Assembly (NCBI GenBank): GCA_963717635.1
Contig: OY970347.1
Coordinates: 99,677-163,676 of the forward strand
Length of the DNA stretch: 64,000 bases
Direction of reading: 5' to 3'
DNA from: an uncultured bacterium
GTDB taxonomy: Bacteria; Actinomycetota; Thermoleophilia; Solirubrobacterales; 70-9
This document shows positions 63,841-64,000 of the stretch, piece by piece. The position numbers were made by a program, and so were the translations under genes. The notes below the pieces were generated by a model. That model ran no database searches and was not told where the DNA came from. It saw only the letters and a list, made by a program, of their open reading frames with translations. The first letter of the stretch is position 1. The number at the start of each line of letters is the position of its first letter.

Positions 63841-64000
63841 TCAGACCCTGCTTCGGTAGCGGAGGTGCACCATGCCGTTCGCGAAGCGCCGCTCCGCCAA
63901 TAGTTCGAGGTCGAGCCGGACGTCGTCCGGCAGCGACTGCTTCCCGCCCCCCACGATCACGGGCGCGACGAACAGGTGGCATTCGTCGACCAGCCCCGCT
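63841..64000 (-). CDS. Dihydrofolate-reductase-like (RibD C-terminal domain) protein, 3' end only
   Basis: Not in the ORF track. My reverse-strand translation gives '...GLVDECHLFVAPVIVGGGKQSLPDDVRLDLELLAERRFANGMVHLRYRSRV*'. Confidence 0.6.
   Translation of the reverse strand, partial: AGLVDECHLFVAPVIVGGGKQSLPDDVRLDLELLAERRFANGMVHLRYRSRV

Overview
High-GC (roughly 70% by eye), densely coding, actinobacterial-type chromosomal segment. About 75 protein genes, one tRNA and one clear riboswitch. I saw no transposase, integrase, CRISPR array or rRNA. All family calls come from reading motifs in the supplied translations; no homology search was run. Start codons were chosen by N-terminal conservation, stop/start coupling (ATGA/GTGA) and Shine-Dalgarno (SD) sites. 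Many long ORFs in the track are antisense or out-of-frame artefacts of the high GC content and were ignored. Gene order: (1) clpB 3' end, a GT4 glycosyltransferase and a GYD protein. (2) purD-purE-purB. (3) A ~10 kb glycan-decoration block: NeuB/SpsE-like synthase, fused cytidylyltransferase + PseG/SpsG-like protein, two pyruvyltransferase-like proteins, a TylF-type methyltransferase and a GT-A-like protein. It is joined to a csoR-P450 unit and splits the purine genes. (4) purC-purS-purQ-DUF2277-purL, purF-recQ-purN, purH. (5) A lower-GC NTF2-like gene and tRNA-Lys(UUU). (6) A Nur-like Fur regulator with a Nur-box-like operator, plus a NicO-family Ni/Co transporter. (7) A 15-gene, 14.3 kb, single-strand hyp/hhy operon for a group 1h (group 5) [NiFe]-hydrogenase, including three uncharacterised genes. 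(8) thiO-thiS-thiG behind a TPP riboswitch, with divergent thiE. (9) lpdA, a DsbA-like gene and a catalytically degenerate E2-like domain. (10) 2-oxoacid dehydrogenase E1alpha-E1beta-E2, Leu/Val-type dehydrogenase, lipB, plsC-like and lipA. (11) A rhomboid protease, an OmpR/histidine-kinase pair with a class-A beta-lactamase-fold hydrolase, lipoproteins, and a DHFR-like fragment at the window edge. There is no obvious defence or mobile island. The best candidates for under-described biology are: the three unknown genes plus the all-Cys Rieske-like/NifU protein inside the hydrogenase operon; the csoR-P450-pyruvyltransferase-like operon, whose operator overlaps the purC start codon; the nickel regulatory module; the dead E2 paralogue; and several structured leaders (purF, purH, bkd).
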